64,000 nucleotides of DNA, taken from assembly GCA_014729135.1 (NCBI GenBank), contig WJKK01000001.1, positions 260,588 to 324,587 on the forward strand, in the 5' to 3' direction. The notes under the pieces are model-generated. The model was not told where the DNA came from. It was given only the letters and a program-made list of their open reading frames with translations, and did no database searches. Positions 25,636 to 34,219 of this stretch are shown here, one piece after another. Within the stretch, counting starts at the first letter, position 1. Each line of letters opens with the position of its first letter. The position numbers and the translations under genes were made by a program. Source of the DNA: a candidate division WWE3 bacterium (lineage in GTDB: Bacteria; Patescibacteriota; WWE3; UBA101185; UBA10185).

Positions 25636-26433
25636 ATGAGGAAATATTTATCTCTTTTTAAAAGCCACTTATCTGTATCTTTAGATTACAGAGCTGATTT
25701 AATTGGTACCTTTATTCTAGAGCTATTGAGTGTTGGTAGTGCAATAATTTTATGGTTTGCGATATACCGTACGAATGAAGATGTTGGAGGTTACTCATTG
25801 GAGGAAGTTGTTCTATATTATGTGCTAGTGCCCTTTGTGGGGTTTCTTACATCTGTAGACGTATCCAGGAAGTTAGCACAAAGTGTACGAAATGGTAGCT
25901 TATCTAATCAGCTTTTAAAACCCTATAAGATTTGGCTGGATGCTTTAATGGAGGCTTTGTCAAAGAAGGTGGTGTATTTGTCTATCTCTTTACCTCTATA
26001 TGTCTTATTCTTGTTTCTTGGAATTAATGCTCGAGTGCTTTCACCGTACATCTTAAGCATTCAGAGCTTGCTATTAGGTTTTTCTTTTATTGTTCTAGCT
26101 TTTTTGCTTCATTTCTTTTTGGATTTGTTTGTTTCGTGGTTGGCTTTTTGGTTTAGCGACATATGGTCTTTTAAACATTTCAAACGCATTGTTTTTGCCA
26201 TGTTGGGAGGGGTCAGTTTTCCCTTTGATCTCTTGCCGGCAAATGTTAGGGCGTTTTTTGAATTACTGCCGTTTAAATATTTTTATTTTACGCCTATAAG
26301 CTATTTACTGGGAAAAGGTACAAATGTTTTAAAGGATATACTTTTGCTGTTGTTTTGGTTTCTCGTTTTTGTTTTATTGACAAACTTGATTTGGAGAAGA
26401 GGTATTAAAAAGTATGAGGCATATGGTAATTAA
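25636..26433 (+). CDS. ABC-2 family transporter permease
   Basis: 265 aa with 6 TM helices, paired with a second permease and a COG4586-like ATPase. Confidence 0.6.
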   Translation: MRKYLSLFKSHLSVSLDYRADLIGTFILELLSVGSAIILWFAIYRTNEDVGGYSLEEVVLYYVLVPFVGFLTSVDVSRKLAQSVRNGSLSNQLLKPYKIWLDALMEALSKKVVYLSISLPLYVLFLFLGINARVLSPYILSIQSLLLGFSFIVLAFLLHFFLDLFVSWLAFWFSDIWSFKHFKRIVFAMLGGVSFPFDLLPANVRAFFELLPFKYFYFTPISYLLGKGTNVLKDILLLLFWFLVFVLLTNLIWRRGIKKYEAYGN

Positions 26434-27232
26434 AGATCTGCCAAGGTACATAAGAATATATAGAGTATTACTGAAATTTAGTTTCATTCAAGCAACAGCT
26501 TATCCTGTAAGTTTTATTATCGAGCTTTTTGTGGAGGTTGGTCATCAGTTAGTATCCATCGTGTTTTTCAAAATAATGTATACAAACGTTGAAGAGATAG
26601 CAGGTTGGACTTTTTATGAAATTTTGTTTTTTGTTGGCATGAGTATTGTGGTCGCGGAAATATTTTTAGGCCTTGTATATATTTGGAATCTACGGGAGTT
26701 ACCGGAAAAGGTGCGCACCGGGGATGTTGATCTCGCTCTATTAATGCCTATTAACTCGCTCTTTAACTTAAGCTTGGGCAGACCCTATTTTACAAGTATT
26801 CTTTCCACATTTTCAGGGTTTTATCTTATGTTTTACGCTTTTGGTAAGTCAGGAAGTGTGTTCAGTTTTCCAAATCTGCTTGTAGGTTTTTTGATATTGC
26901 TGGCGGGTCTTGTGATTTGTTACTCCTTTGGTGTTATTTTCAGTTCTTTTGCCTTTGTAGTTGATAATGCCTATACACTGCCTTATATAGCCGAGAGAAT
27001 TTTCATATATTTTGCAGAGAATCCCCATCAGGTTTACAGAGGTGTGCTAAGGGCCTTATTCTTTTTTGTAGTACCTGTTATATTTGTTATAAGTGTACCT
27101 TCTGCAACTATATTAAAAGGTATCGATTGGAAGTATGTTTGGCAAAGCTTGTTGCTTGCGTTTATATTTTTGGTTGTTGCGGTAAAGACGTGGAAGCACA
27201 TGCTTAGCAAGTATTCAAGTGCAAGCAGTTAA
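26414..27232 (+). CDS. ABC-2 family transporter permease
   Basis: 272 aa with 6 TM helices; overlaps the neighbouring genes. Confidence 0.6.
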   Translation: MRHMVIKDLPRYIRIYRVLLKFSFIQATAYPVSFIIELFVEVGHQLVSIVFFKIMYTNVEEIAGWTFYEILFFVGMSIVVAEIFLGLVYIWNLRELPEKVRTGDVDLALLMPINSLFNLSLGRPYFTSILSTFSGFYLMFYAFGKSGSVFSFPNLLVGFLILLAGLVICYSFGVIFSSFAFVVDNAYTLPYIAERIFIYFAENPHQVYRGVLRALFFFVVPVIFVISVPSATILKGIDWKYVWQSLLLAFIFLVVAVKTWKHMLSKYSSASS

Positions 27233-28232
27233 TAAATGTATGGAAACTGTAATAAAGGTAGACAACTTAACTAAAAACTTCAGAGTCAGAGACAAGGAGC
27301 CTGGTTTTAAAGGTAGTTTGAAAGGACTTTTTAAGCGGGAATATAAGAATATAGAGGCTGTAAAAAATGTAAGTTTTGAAATTGGGCGCGGTGAGTTAAT
27401 TGGCTTTATAGGTCCGAACGGTGCGGGGAAAACTACTACGCTTAAAATGCTAAGTGGTTTGCTTTATCCAACAGAGGGGACTGTGGAAGTTTTGGGATAT
27501 AGGCCTCAAGATCGAAGTCATGATTTTCTCAAGAGTATAAGTTTGATTATGGGTCAAAAAAATCAGCTGTGGTGGGATTTACCTGCTATTGAGGCCTTTA
27601 ATCTTAATAGGGAAATATATGAAATAGAGGAAAAGAGTTACAAACGAATACTGGGTGAATTAATAGACTTGCTGGATGTTAGTGATGCTGTTCAGCATCA
27701 AGTGAGGAGATTGAGCCTTGGCCAGCGAATGAAATGTGAACTGATTGCTTCACTCCTTCACACACCGGATGTGCTTTTTTTAGATGAGCCGACGATAGGC
27801 TTGGATGTGGTAATGCAGAAAAAAATTCGAGAATTTATTTTGGAATATAACAAGCGCCATAATGCCACGATAATACTAACTTCTCATTATATGGATGATG
27901 TTAAGGAAATATGTGACAGGGTTATTATGATAAATGAGGGCAGTAAAGTCTATGATGGTGACCTGGACAGCATGATTAAAGAATATGCTGATTACAAAAT
28001 ACTTATTCCAATATTCAACGACAGAGTGTCACGAAAAGAACTTTCGAAATACGGTGATGTGGTGTCCTACGATCATCCTAAAGCTGTTATAAATGTTTCC
28101 CGAAGAGATGCTTCCAAAATTGCTTCTGAAATTTTAAACAACTATGATATTGACGATCTTGATATAAATGAGCCACGTCTTGAAGATATAATTAGAGATG
28201 CTTTTGAAAATGGCATTAAAACTGTTGTCTAA
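27219..28232 (+). CDS. ABC transporter ATP-binding protein
   Basis: Walker A GPNGAGKTT, signature LSLGQRMK, Walker B LFLDEPTIGLD. Confidence 0.85.
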   Translation: MQAVNKCMETVIKVDNLTKNFRVRDKEPGFKGSLKGLFKREYKNIEAVKNVSFEIGRGELIGFIGPNGAGKTTTLKMLSGLLYPTEGTVEVLGYRPQDRSHDFLKSISLIMGQKNQLWWDLPAIEAFNLNREIYEIEEKSYKRILGELIDLLDVSDAVQHQVRRLSLGQRMKCELIASLLHTPDVLFLDEPTIGLDVVMQKKIREFILEYNKRHNATIILTSHYMDDVKEICDRVIMINEGSKVYDGDLDSMIKEYADYKILIPIFNDRVSRKELSKYGDVVSYDHPKAVINVSRRDASKIASEILNNYDIDDLDINEPRLEDIIRDAFENGIKTVV

Positions 28233-28266
28233 AGTAGTCGTTGAGCTGGTGTTGAAATAGTTTTTT

Positions 28267-28722
28267 ATGGATCACGTAGCAATTCTCAGAAAATCCAACC
28301 TTAAAAAGGGAGATGATTTGTTAGGGGACATTCTAGCGGGAACAAAGACTATAGAATCTCGATGGTATGTAAATCGAGTAGCTCCTTGGGATAGAGTAGC
28401 TAAAGGAGATACTGTTTACTTCAAGCAATCAGGATGCAATGTTACAGCTAGAGCAAAGGTTTCCAAAGTACTTCAATTTTCAGATCTAACTGACACAACA
28501 ATTGAGTATATTTTGCAGACTTACGGGCGGAAAATAGCCCCACATACTCCCCCCGAGGAGTTTATTGCCTGGGTTAAGCGGCAAAAGAAGAAACGTTATT
28601 GTATTCTAATTTTTTTGACAGACGTGGAAAAAGTGGAACCCTTTTCCATTGATAAATCCGGTTACGGCAGTGCTTGTGCTTGGTTGGTTACTGAAGATAT
28701 TGAGGAATTGAAAGCTTGTTAG
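28267..28722 (+). CDS. ASCH-domain (PUA-like) protein
   Basis: ILAGTKTIESRWY matches the ASCH GxKxxExR motif. Confidence 0.5.
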   Translation: MDHVAILRKSNLKKGDDLLGDILAGTKTIESRWYVNRVAPWDRVAKGDTVYFKQSGCNVTARAKVSKVLQFSDLTDTTIEYILQTYGRKIAPHTPPEEFIAWVKRQKKKRYCILIFLTDVEKVEPFSIDKSGYGSACAWLVTEDIEELKAC

Positions 28723-28922
28723 ACATTAGTTTCAAGAGAAGGAACATTTAGCGAAGGAACGAAATTTTCCACATTCTTAACTTCAACTTCTTCTCTATAA
28801 ACAACCATGTTTTATCAACAATTATTTTTTAATATCTCTCATGTGTGATCTGTACGAGATAATGGTCATTTTTGGCAAGGTTCTCATATAATCCACACAT
28901 TTTTGGATGATATACTGTCACC

Positions 28923-29864
28923 ATGCACATCATGCAATCCCCCATTTGGGAACAATTTAAAAACGCATACGGAACCACTGCAATTCGCGTAGAAAACACA
29001 CTCTACACAAAACACAGGATTCCCTTTACCAACAGCTACTATGCCTACTGTCCCAAAGCAGACCCTTTTAAAATAAACTTTGATGTCCTTCGCAAATCTC
29101 TAGCCCAAAACAACTGCATAGCTATAAACTTTGACGTTCCCAACATAGTCGACTCTTCCGAAGAGGCCTCAGAAGCCATGGAAATCTTTACAGAAGCCGG
29201 TTGTAAAAAGGCTCCTCGTGACACTTTTACTCCCTACAACCTAATCCTTGATTTAACCCCCTCCAAAGAAGATCTTTTAAAAAACATGCACTCAAAACAG
29301 CGTTATAACGTTCGCTACGCCAAAAGAAAAGGTGTAGAAGTGCGCGAAGAATTCGGCAAAAAAGCTTTTGAAATTTTTTACGATTTGGCTATAAAAACGG
29401 CGGAGCGACAGGGTTTTTACATTCATCCAAAAACTTACTACGAAAAAATGTGGGAAACTTTAGGCAATGAAGGTGTAGCTCATATTTTAAACGCTTACTA
29501 CAAAGATGAACCGCTAGCTTCTTGGATGTTTTTTGTTTATGACGAGGTTTTGTACTACCCTTATGGGGGTTCTGCTGCTAAATTGCGTAACCTTCAAGCC
29601 AGCACTTTAGTTGGTTGGGAAGGTATGCTTTTAGGTAAGCGCTTGGGTTGTAAGACTTTTGATTTGTGGGGAGCTTGCGAAGATCCCAATGACCGCAGTG
29701 ATCCTGAGTGGGGCTTTACCCATTTTAAGCAAAAGTTTGGGGCTAAGCATGTGAAATACATTCCTTCTTATGATTTGGTTTTGAATCCCTTTTTATACGA
29801 GAGTTTTAACTTTGCTAACAGAGCTCGTTGGACAGTGTTAAATTTTAAAAAGCAGTTTTCTTAG
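28923..29864 (+). CDS. FemAB-family aminoacyl-tRNA-dependent peptidyltransferase (FemX-like)
   Basis: N-terminal QSPIWEQFK start and C-terminal FTHFKQKFGAKHVKY resemble FemAB/lipid II:glycine glycyltransferase family ends; paralog of the next gene. Confidence 0.6.
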   Translation: MHIMQSPIWEQFKNAYGTTAIRVENTLYTKHRIPFTNSYYAYCPKADPFKINFDVLRKSLAQNNCIAINFDVPNIVDSSEEASEAMEIFTEAGCKKAPRDTFTPYNLILDLTPSKEDLLKNMHSKQRYNVRYAKRKGVEVREEFGKKAFEIFYDLAIKTAERQGFYIHPKTYYEKMWETLGNEGVAHILNAYYKDEPLASWMFFVYDEVLYYPYGGSAAKLRNLQASTLVGWEGMLLGKRLGCKTFDLWGACEDPNDRSDPEWGFTHFKQKFGAKHVKYIPSYDLVLNPFLYESFNFANRARWTVLNFKKQFS

Positions 29865-29888
29865 GTTTGCGCTTTTTTTCGTCTGTGT

Positions 29889-30842
29889 TTGCATATGGCA
29901 GCTTCTAATTCTTCTTCACCCGCTTCACCCTATCCTCTAGACCTTCGCCAATCAAAAGAGTGGGGTCAATATTTAGAGTTTTTGGGATGGCAGATTTTTA
30001 CTACTTCTAATGGTGTTCGTTATGCGGTTATGCAGGACCGCTTGGGAAACGTGGTTAAGGTACAGCGCCCTCGTGGAGTTACTCCGGTGGATTTGCAGGA
30101 AATTGAGGAAAAGGCGCAAGAACTGGGGTCCGCTTTAATAAAAGTAGAGCCCGATTTAAGTCAAGATTTAGAGGTTTTTAAAAAGGAGGGTTATGTAAAA
30201 AATATGTCTCCTTTATGCCCGCCATCAACGCTATTTATTGATTTACGCAAGTCTGAAAAGGAGCTTTATGCCGATTTGTCGGGGAGTTGTAAGTATTCTA
30301 TTCGGCGTGCTTATCGTGAAGGGGCGCAGGTTGAATTTTTTGTGAATCCTAAGGGGGAGATTTTGGAGAAGTTTTTTAAGATTCACAAGTCCACAGGCAA
30401 GCAAAAGAGTTTTTATACGCAGGGTTTTGATGATATTTCTAAGAAAGTGGAAGTTTTTGGTGACCAGGCGGTTTTGGGAGTGGTTTCATCCCCTTTGGAG
30501 GAAGGTGGCGATCCCGTTGCTACAGGTGCTAATTTGTATCTGGGTTTTGGTAAGGGTGTTTGGTATATGCATGGAGGCACTACGGAGGAGGGGCGTAATA
30601 CTCGCAATGGTTATGTGCTTTACTGGGAGTTAATTTTGCATTTGAAGAAGCTGGGTTATGAATGGCTCGATTTTGAAGGAGTCGATGATAAGCGTTTTCC
30701 TAGTTTTACACGCAATTGGGGTGGTTTGAGTCATTTTAAGGAGAAGTTTGGCGGTGGGCGTGTTGAGTTTCCCGCACCTCGTGTGAAGTATCTAAAGCCT
30801 ATTCTAAAAAAGCTCTCTAAGTTTATCGACCTTCCGGTTTAA
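29889..30842 (+). CDS. FemAB-family aminoacyl-tRNA-dependent peptidyltransferase (FemX-like), paralog
   Basis: GGLSHFKEKFGGGRVEF C-terminus parallels the upstream paralog; GNAT-like duplicated fold size. Confidence 0.6.
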   Translation: MHMAASNSSSPASPYPLDLRQSKEWGQYLEFLGWQIFTTSNGVRYAVMQDRLGNVVKVQRPRGVTPVDLQEIEEKAQELGSALIKVEPDLSQDLEVFKKEGYVKNMSPLCPPSTLFIDLRKSEKELYADLSGSCKYSIRRAYREGAQVEFFVNPKGEILEKFFKIHKSTGKQKSFYTQGFDDISKKVEVFGDQAVLGVVSSPLEEGGDPVATGANLYLGFGKGVWYMHGGTTEEGRNTRNGYVLYWELILHLKKLGYEWLDFEGVDDKRFPSFTRNWGGLSHFKEKFGGGRVEFPAPRVKYLKPILKKLSKFIDLPV

Positions 30843-30850
30843 GTTGGTCT

Positions 30851-33763
30851 TTAGCCCTTCCAAACTTTGGGGCAGATGTCCTTGTAATCACACCACCTGC
30901 AATGATAACCCGGGTCAGCTTCAAACCCGCCTTCTTTAATATTTGCAATAATCTCCTTTGTTTCCTCCCTCACACTCTCAATATCCTCCTCCGTACGTGT
31001 CGTACTAACCCTTTCTCCTGCCTCCACAAAATGCAGTGTCATCTTTTGCGGATCAAGTCCCAATGCCTCCTTAGCCCCTAAAGCATAAAAAGTCACCTGC
31101 TTGTCCTTATCAACATCCTTTTGGCTTTTTAACTTGCCTGTCTTATAGTCAATAATTTCAACACCCTGCGAATTCCCTGACTCTTCGGAACCCAACCGAT
31201 CAATCCGGTCAATACGTCCATAAAACCTAATCCCATCAATCTTAATATTAAACGACTTCTCCAACCCCAAAGGTTTCTGCCCCTTATCAACCTCCTCATA
31301 ATAATTTTGCAACAAATTCTCTCCCGCTTTAAAACGCTCCCGACGATGTTCTTCATTTAAATAACCCAAAGGCTCCCAATTTTTCTCATAAATTTCCATC
31401 AAATCCTCCAAAGAAACCTCCTCAAACAAAAGCTTCTCATGAAACTCCTTTAACGTCTCATGAATTGTAATTCCAAAACTTAACGCATGACTTGGCAGCG
31501 TTGGAACATGCAAAATATATTTGTACTTATACTGAAGGGGACAAGTTTCATACGTTGAAATTTGCGTATAACTTAAAAAGCTTGGTGTAAAATTTGAAAT
31601 CTTTTTTAGCGCCGGCTCCCGATAAGAAGAATTAACGCCAAACAAACTTTCCTGCTTCTCCTTTTGATCCCGCTCCATAACCACCTCCTGCGTTTCCAGA
31701 CCCGCCTCCTCCAAAAACCCACTAGGACGCTTTTCACGAGTACCTCCATAATCCTTTGCATACGCCATATACAGATACTTTTTCGCCCGCGTCATTCCCA
31801 CATAAAACAAACGACGCTCCTCTTGAATATGCGCATTGCCTTCAGGAAGCGTCTCCTTAATTAGGTCATCGGGAATTTCAATTTTATCGCTTCTATTTCG
31901 CGTAGGAAAACGGCTTGCCACCAAATTCACCATAAAAATCACCGGAAACTCCAGCCCCTTGGAAGCATGCACCGTCAGCAAATTAATCGTGTCAATATCC
32001 TCAATTTCAGCCTGCGCCGGATTATCTCCCGCCTCAATAAGCATCTCCATATGCTCCACAAAATCCACTAACGTAGGAATCTCTCCCGTATCCCGATTAA
32101 ACTGCACTTCAAACTTTTTCACCTTGTCCAAAAACAGGTCCATGTTTTTAATGCATAGCTGATTTTGGATAGTATCTTCCTCCAGAAACTGCTCCACATA
32201 GCCAATTTCACTTACAAGATTGTAAATCAGTTCCACCGGAGTCTTTTTTGCAATTTCCTGCCGATATTTATTGGTTAGCTCTTTAAAATTTTGTAGCCCT
32301 GCATTCTTGGAAGCTTTCACCGCCTCCCATAGGTCAATTTTTTTAAACTTGGCTGTTGAAAGCGTTTTAGCAACTGTCTCCTTATTAATGCCTGTTCCAT
32401 CAACCCCCAAAGTCTCAATATTTAGAGCTCGATATAGGCTTATAGCATCGTTAGGGTCTATCAAAGTTTTAACTAAAGCCATAATATCGCGGACTTCATT
32501 ACGATCATAAAGACCTCGATTTCCCACCAGCTGGTAAGGCAGTTTATATTTTCGTAGCGCTAAAACAAAAGGATCCAAATGGTTATTGGCACGCGCTAAA
32601 ATTGCAAAGTCTTTATAGGTGTATTGCGGCTCTTTTCCTAAAATCTCAATAATTTTTGTAATCACAAAATCCACTTCATCTTCTGCTGTCTCCACCTCAA
32701 TAACTTGCGGTTTTTGGTTGGTTTGTTTAATTTGGCTAACAAGCTCTTTTGAAATTCCCAGCTTGGTTTCCAGCGTATCGGGATTATTGTTTTGCACAAC
32801 TTTGTAAGCTGCATCCAAAATGTCCTGTTCTGATCGGTAGTTTTTTAGAAGCGTTACCATTTCCGCATTTGGGTAATCGTCTTTAAATTGGAGAATGTTG
32901 GAGATTGCTGCTCCCCGAAATTTGTAGATTGATTGGGAGTCGTCTCCCACTACGGTTAGGGATCTTTCTGTGGTGTTTTTGTTTGCTTTTTCGGTAGGGA
33001 ACAGAAGTTTAATAAGTTCATATTGCGCATAGTTAGTGTCTTGAAACTCGTCTACTAAAATGTGCTTAAATTTTTTACGATAGTTTTCCAAGATGTTTGG
33101 GCGTTCTTTAAAAAGTTTTATAGTCCAGGTGATTAAATCGCCAAAATCCATTTTTGATTCTTGAATTTTAATTTCCTGGTAAGTTTTGTAAATTTTTACC
33201 AGCTCTTGCCAGCGCTCTTTTTCTTCTTTTTCGGGGAATTCCTTTGTTTCCACATAGTTTTTTAACTCTTCCGGTGAGATGTTTTCATCTTGAAGGCGTG
33301 AAATAAACTTTAAAATTGCGGATATAAACTTAGTCGGATTGCCTAAGGGAAGGTAATATTTCAGGTTCATGGAGAAGATGTTTTTCCTAAGGAGCATCCA
33401 TTGTTCAGGGTAGGCGATGATTTTATAGGAGGGATCTAGGCCAATTTCCAGTGCTTCTTTTTTTAGGAGGCGATCACAAAAGGAGTGAAATGTGTAGATC
33501 CAGGGTTCTTCGTAGGCTAGGGGCATTGATTCTTGGGAGCGAAAGAGCATTTCTTCGGAGGCTTTTTCTGTGAATGTTAAAGCAAGGATTTGCATGGGGT
33601 CGATTTTGTCATGGTTTATAAGGGAGTTGATTTTTTCGGAAATGACGCGGGTTTTTCCGGTTCCGGCGCCTGCTACTACAATGAGGGGTCCTTGTTTGTG
33701 ATCTACCGCTTTTTGCTGGTTTTTATTAAGTGTGATTTTTTGATCTGCTTGTGGTGTTGGCAT
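30851..33763 (-). CDS. UvrD/PcrA-family SF1 helicase fused to a C-terminal Cas4/AddB-like PD-(D/E)XK nuclease with an Fe-S cysteine cluster
   Basis: Walker A VVAGAGTGKTRV; helicase motifs (TFH, VDEFQDTN, GDDSQSIYKFRGA); C-terminal YETCPLQYKYKY ... IDRIDRL ... IIDYKTGK ... CRWCDYKDICP. Confidence 0.8.
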   Translation of the reverse strand: MPTPQADQKITLNKNQQKAVDHKQGPLIVVAGAGTGKTRVISEKINSLINHDKIDPMQILALTFTEKASEEMLFRSQESMPLAYEEPWIYTFHSFCDRLLKKEALEIGLDPSYKIIAYPEQWMLLRKNIFSMNLKYYLPLGNPTKFISAILKFISRLQDENISPEELKNYVETKEFPEKEEKERWQELVKIYKTYQEIKIQESKMDFGDLITWTIKLFKERPNILENYRKKFKHILVDEFQDTNYAQYELIKLLFPTEKANKNTTERSLTVVGDDSQSIYKFRGAAISNILQFKDDYPNAEMVTLLKNYRSEQDILDAAYKVVQNNNPDTLETKLGISKELVSQIKQTNQKPQVIEVETAEDEVDFVITKIIEILGKEPQYTYKDFAILARANNHLDPFVLALRKYKLPYQLVGNRGLYDRNEVRDIMALVKTLIDPNDAISLYRALNIETLGVDGTGINKETVAKTLSTAKFKKIDLWEAVKASKNAGLQNFKELTNKYRQEIAKKTPVELIYNLVSEIGYVEQFLEEDTIQNQLCIKNMDLFLDKVKKFEVQFNRDTGEIPTLVDFVEHMEMLIEAGDNPAQAEIEDIDTINLLTVHASKGLEFPVIFMVNLVASRFPTRNRSDKIEIPDDLIKETLPEGNAHIQEERRLFYVGMTRAKKYLYMAYAKDYGGTREKRPSGFLEEAGLETQEVVMERDQKEKQESLFGVNSSYREPALKKISNFTPSFLSYTQISTYETCPLQYKYKYILHVPTLPSHALSFGITIHETLKEFHEKLLFEEVSLEDLMEIYEKNWEPLGYLNEEHRRERFKAGENLLQNYYEEVDKGQKPLGLEKSFNIKIDGIRFYGRIDRIDRLGSEESGNSQGVEIIDYKTGKLKSQKDVDKDKQVTFYALGAKEALGLDPQKMTLHFVEAGERVSTTRTEEDIESVREETKEIIANIKEGGFEADPGYHCRWCDYKDICPKVWKG

Positions 33764-33884
33764 GGTTTTGTTTGTGTTGTCCTATTATACATTTGAGTTG
33801 AAGGGAAGTTATTTTAGTTGCGGTTTCCTTTGCTATGGGGTATTATTTATGCAGCTAAAGAATCTATTTAGAGGGGGTGAGGAA

Positions 33885-33977
33885 ATGGATCCGCTGGGCT
33901 GGTGTGTGGTTGGGTTTGTCTTTGTGATTGTAGGAGTTGTGGGCTATGCCCGCACCGTTCTGGGCTCCTCGAGTTAG
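33885..33977 (+). CDS. small hydrophobic peptide (30 aa) in a GC-rich mini-island
   Basis: SD agggggtgagg 6 nt upstream of ATG; MDPLGWCVVGFVFVIVGVVGYARTVLGSSS has one TM helix. Confidence 0.3.
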   Translation: MDPLGWCVVGFVFVIVGVVGYARTVLGSSS

Positions 33978-33987
33978 GAGGTGGGTG

Positions 33988-34104
33988 ATGGGGATCGGTA
34001 TTGGCATCGGCGTTGGCATTTTGGTGCTCGGTTTCGCGATTCTTGTGGTGACCCGTGGTCGCGAAGCGAGCGAGGAGACCGCCGAAATGTTTCGGAATCG
34101 GTGA
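33988..34104 (+). CDS. small hydrophobic peptide (38 aa) in a GC-rich mini-island
   Basis: SD aggaggtgggtg immediately upstream; MGIGIGIGVGILVLGFAILVVTRGREASEETAEMFRNR has a Gly-zipper TM helix and a charged tail. Confidence 0.3.
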   Translation: MGIGIGIGVGILVLGFAILVVTRGREASEETAEMFRNR

Positions 34105-34219
34105 TCTTCTCGTTTTGGCAAGGAGTCGGTTGGAAATGAAAGGGGAGGAGGTTTTCCTCAATCATTTCCAGCCGGCTTGCAGTAAGCGCTTCGGAGCTTT
34201 TTCATGCTAAACTTTCCCC

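Noticed and set aside
31129-32807. several 60-110-aa ORFs on both strands inside the helicase-nuclease gene
   Set aside because: Nested within a motif-complete 970-aa minus-strand CDS.
33864-34165. three overlapping minus-strand ORFs (85, 97 and 63 aa)
   Set aside because: Produced by the GC-rich mini-island. The plus-strand small peptides have strong SDs and TM character, while these have neither.
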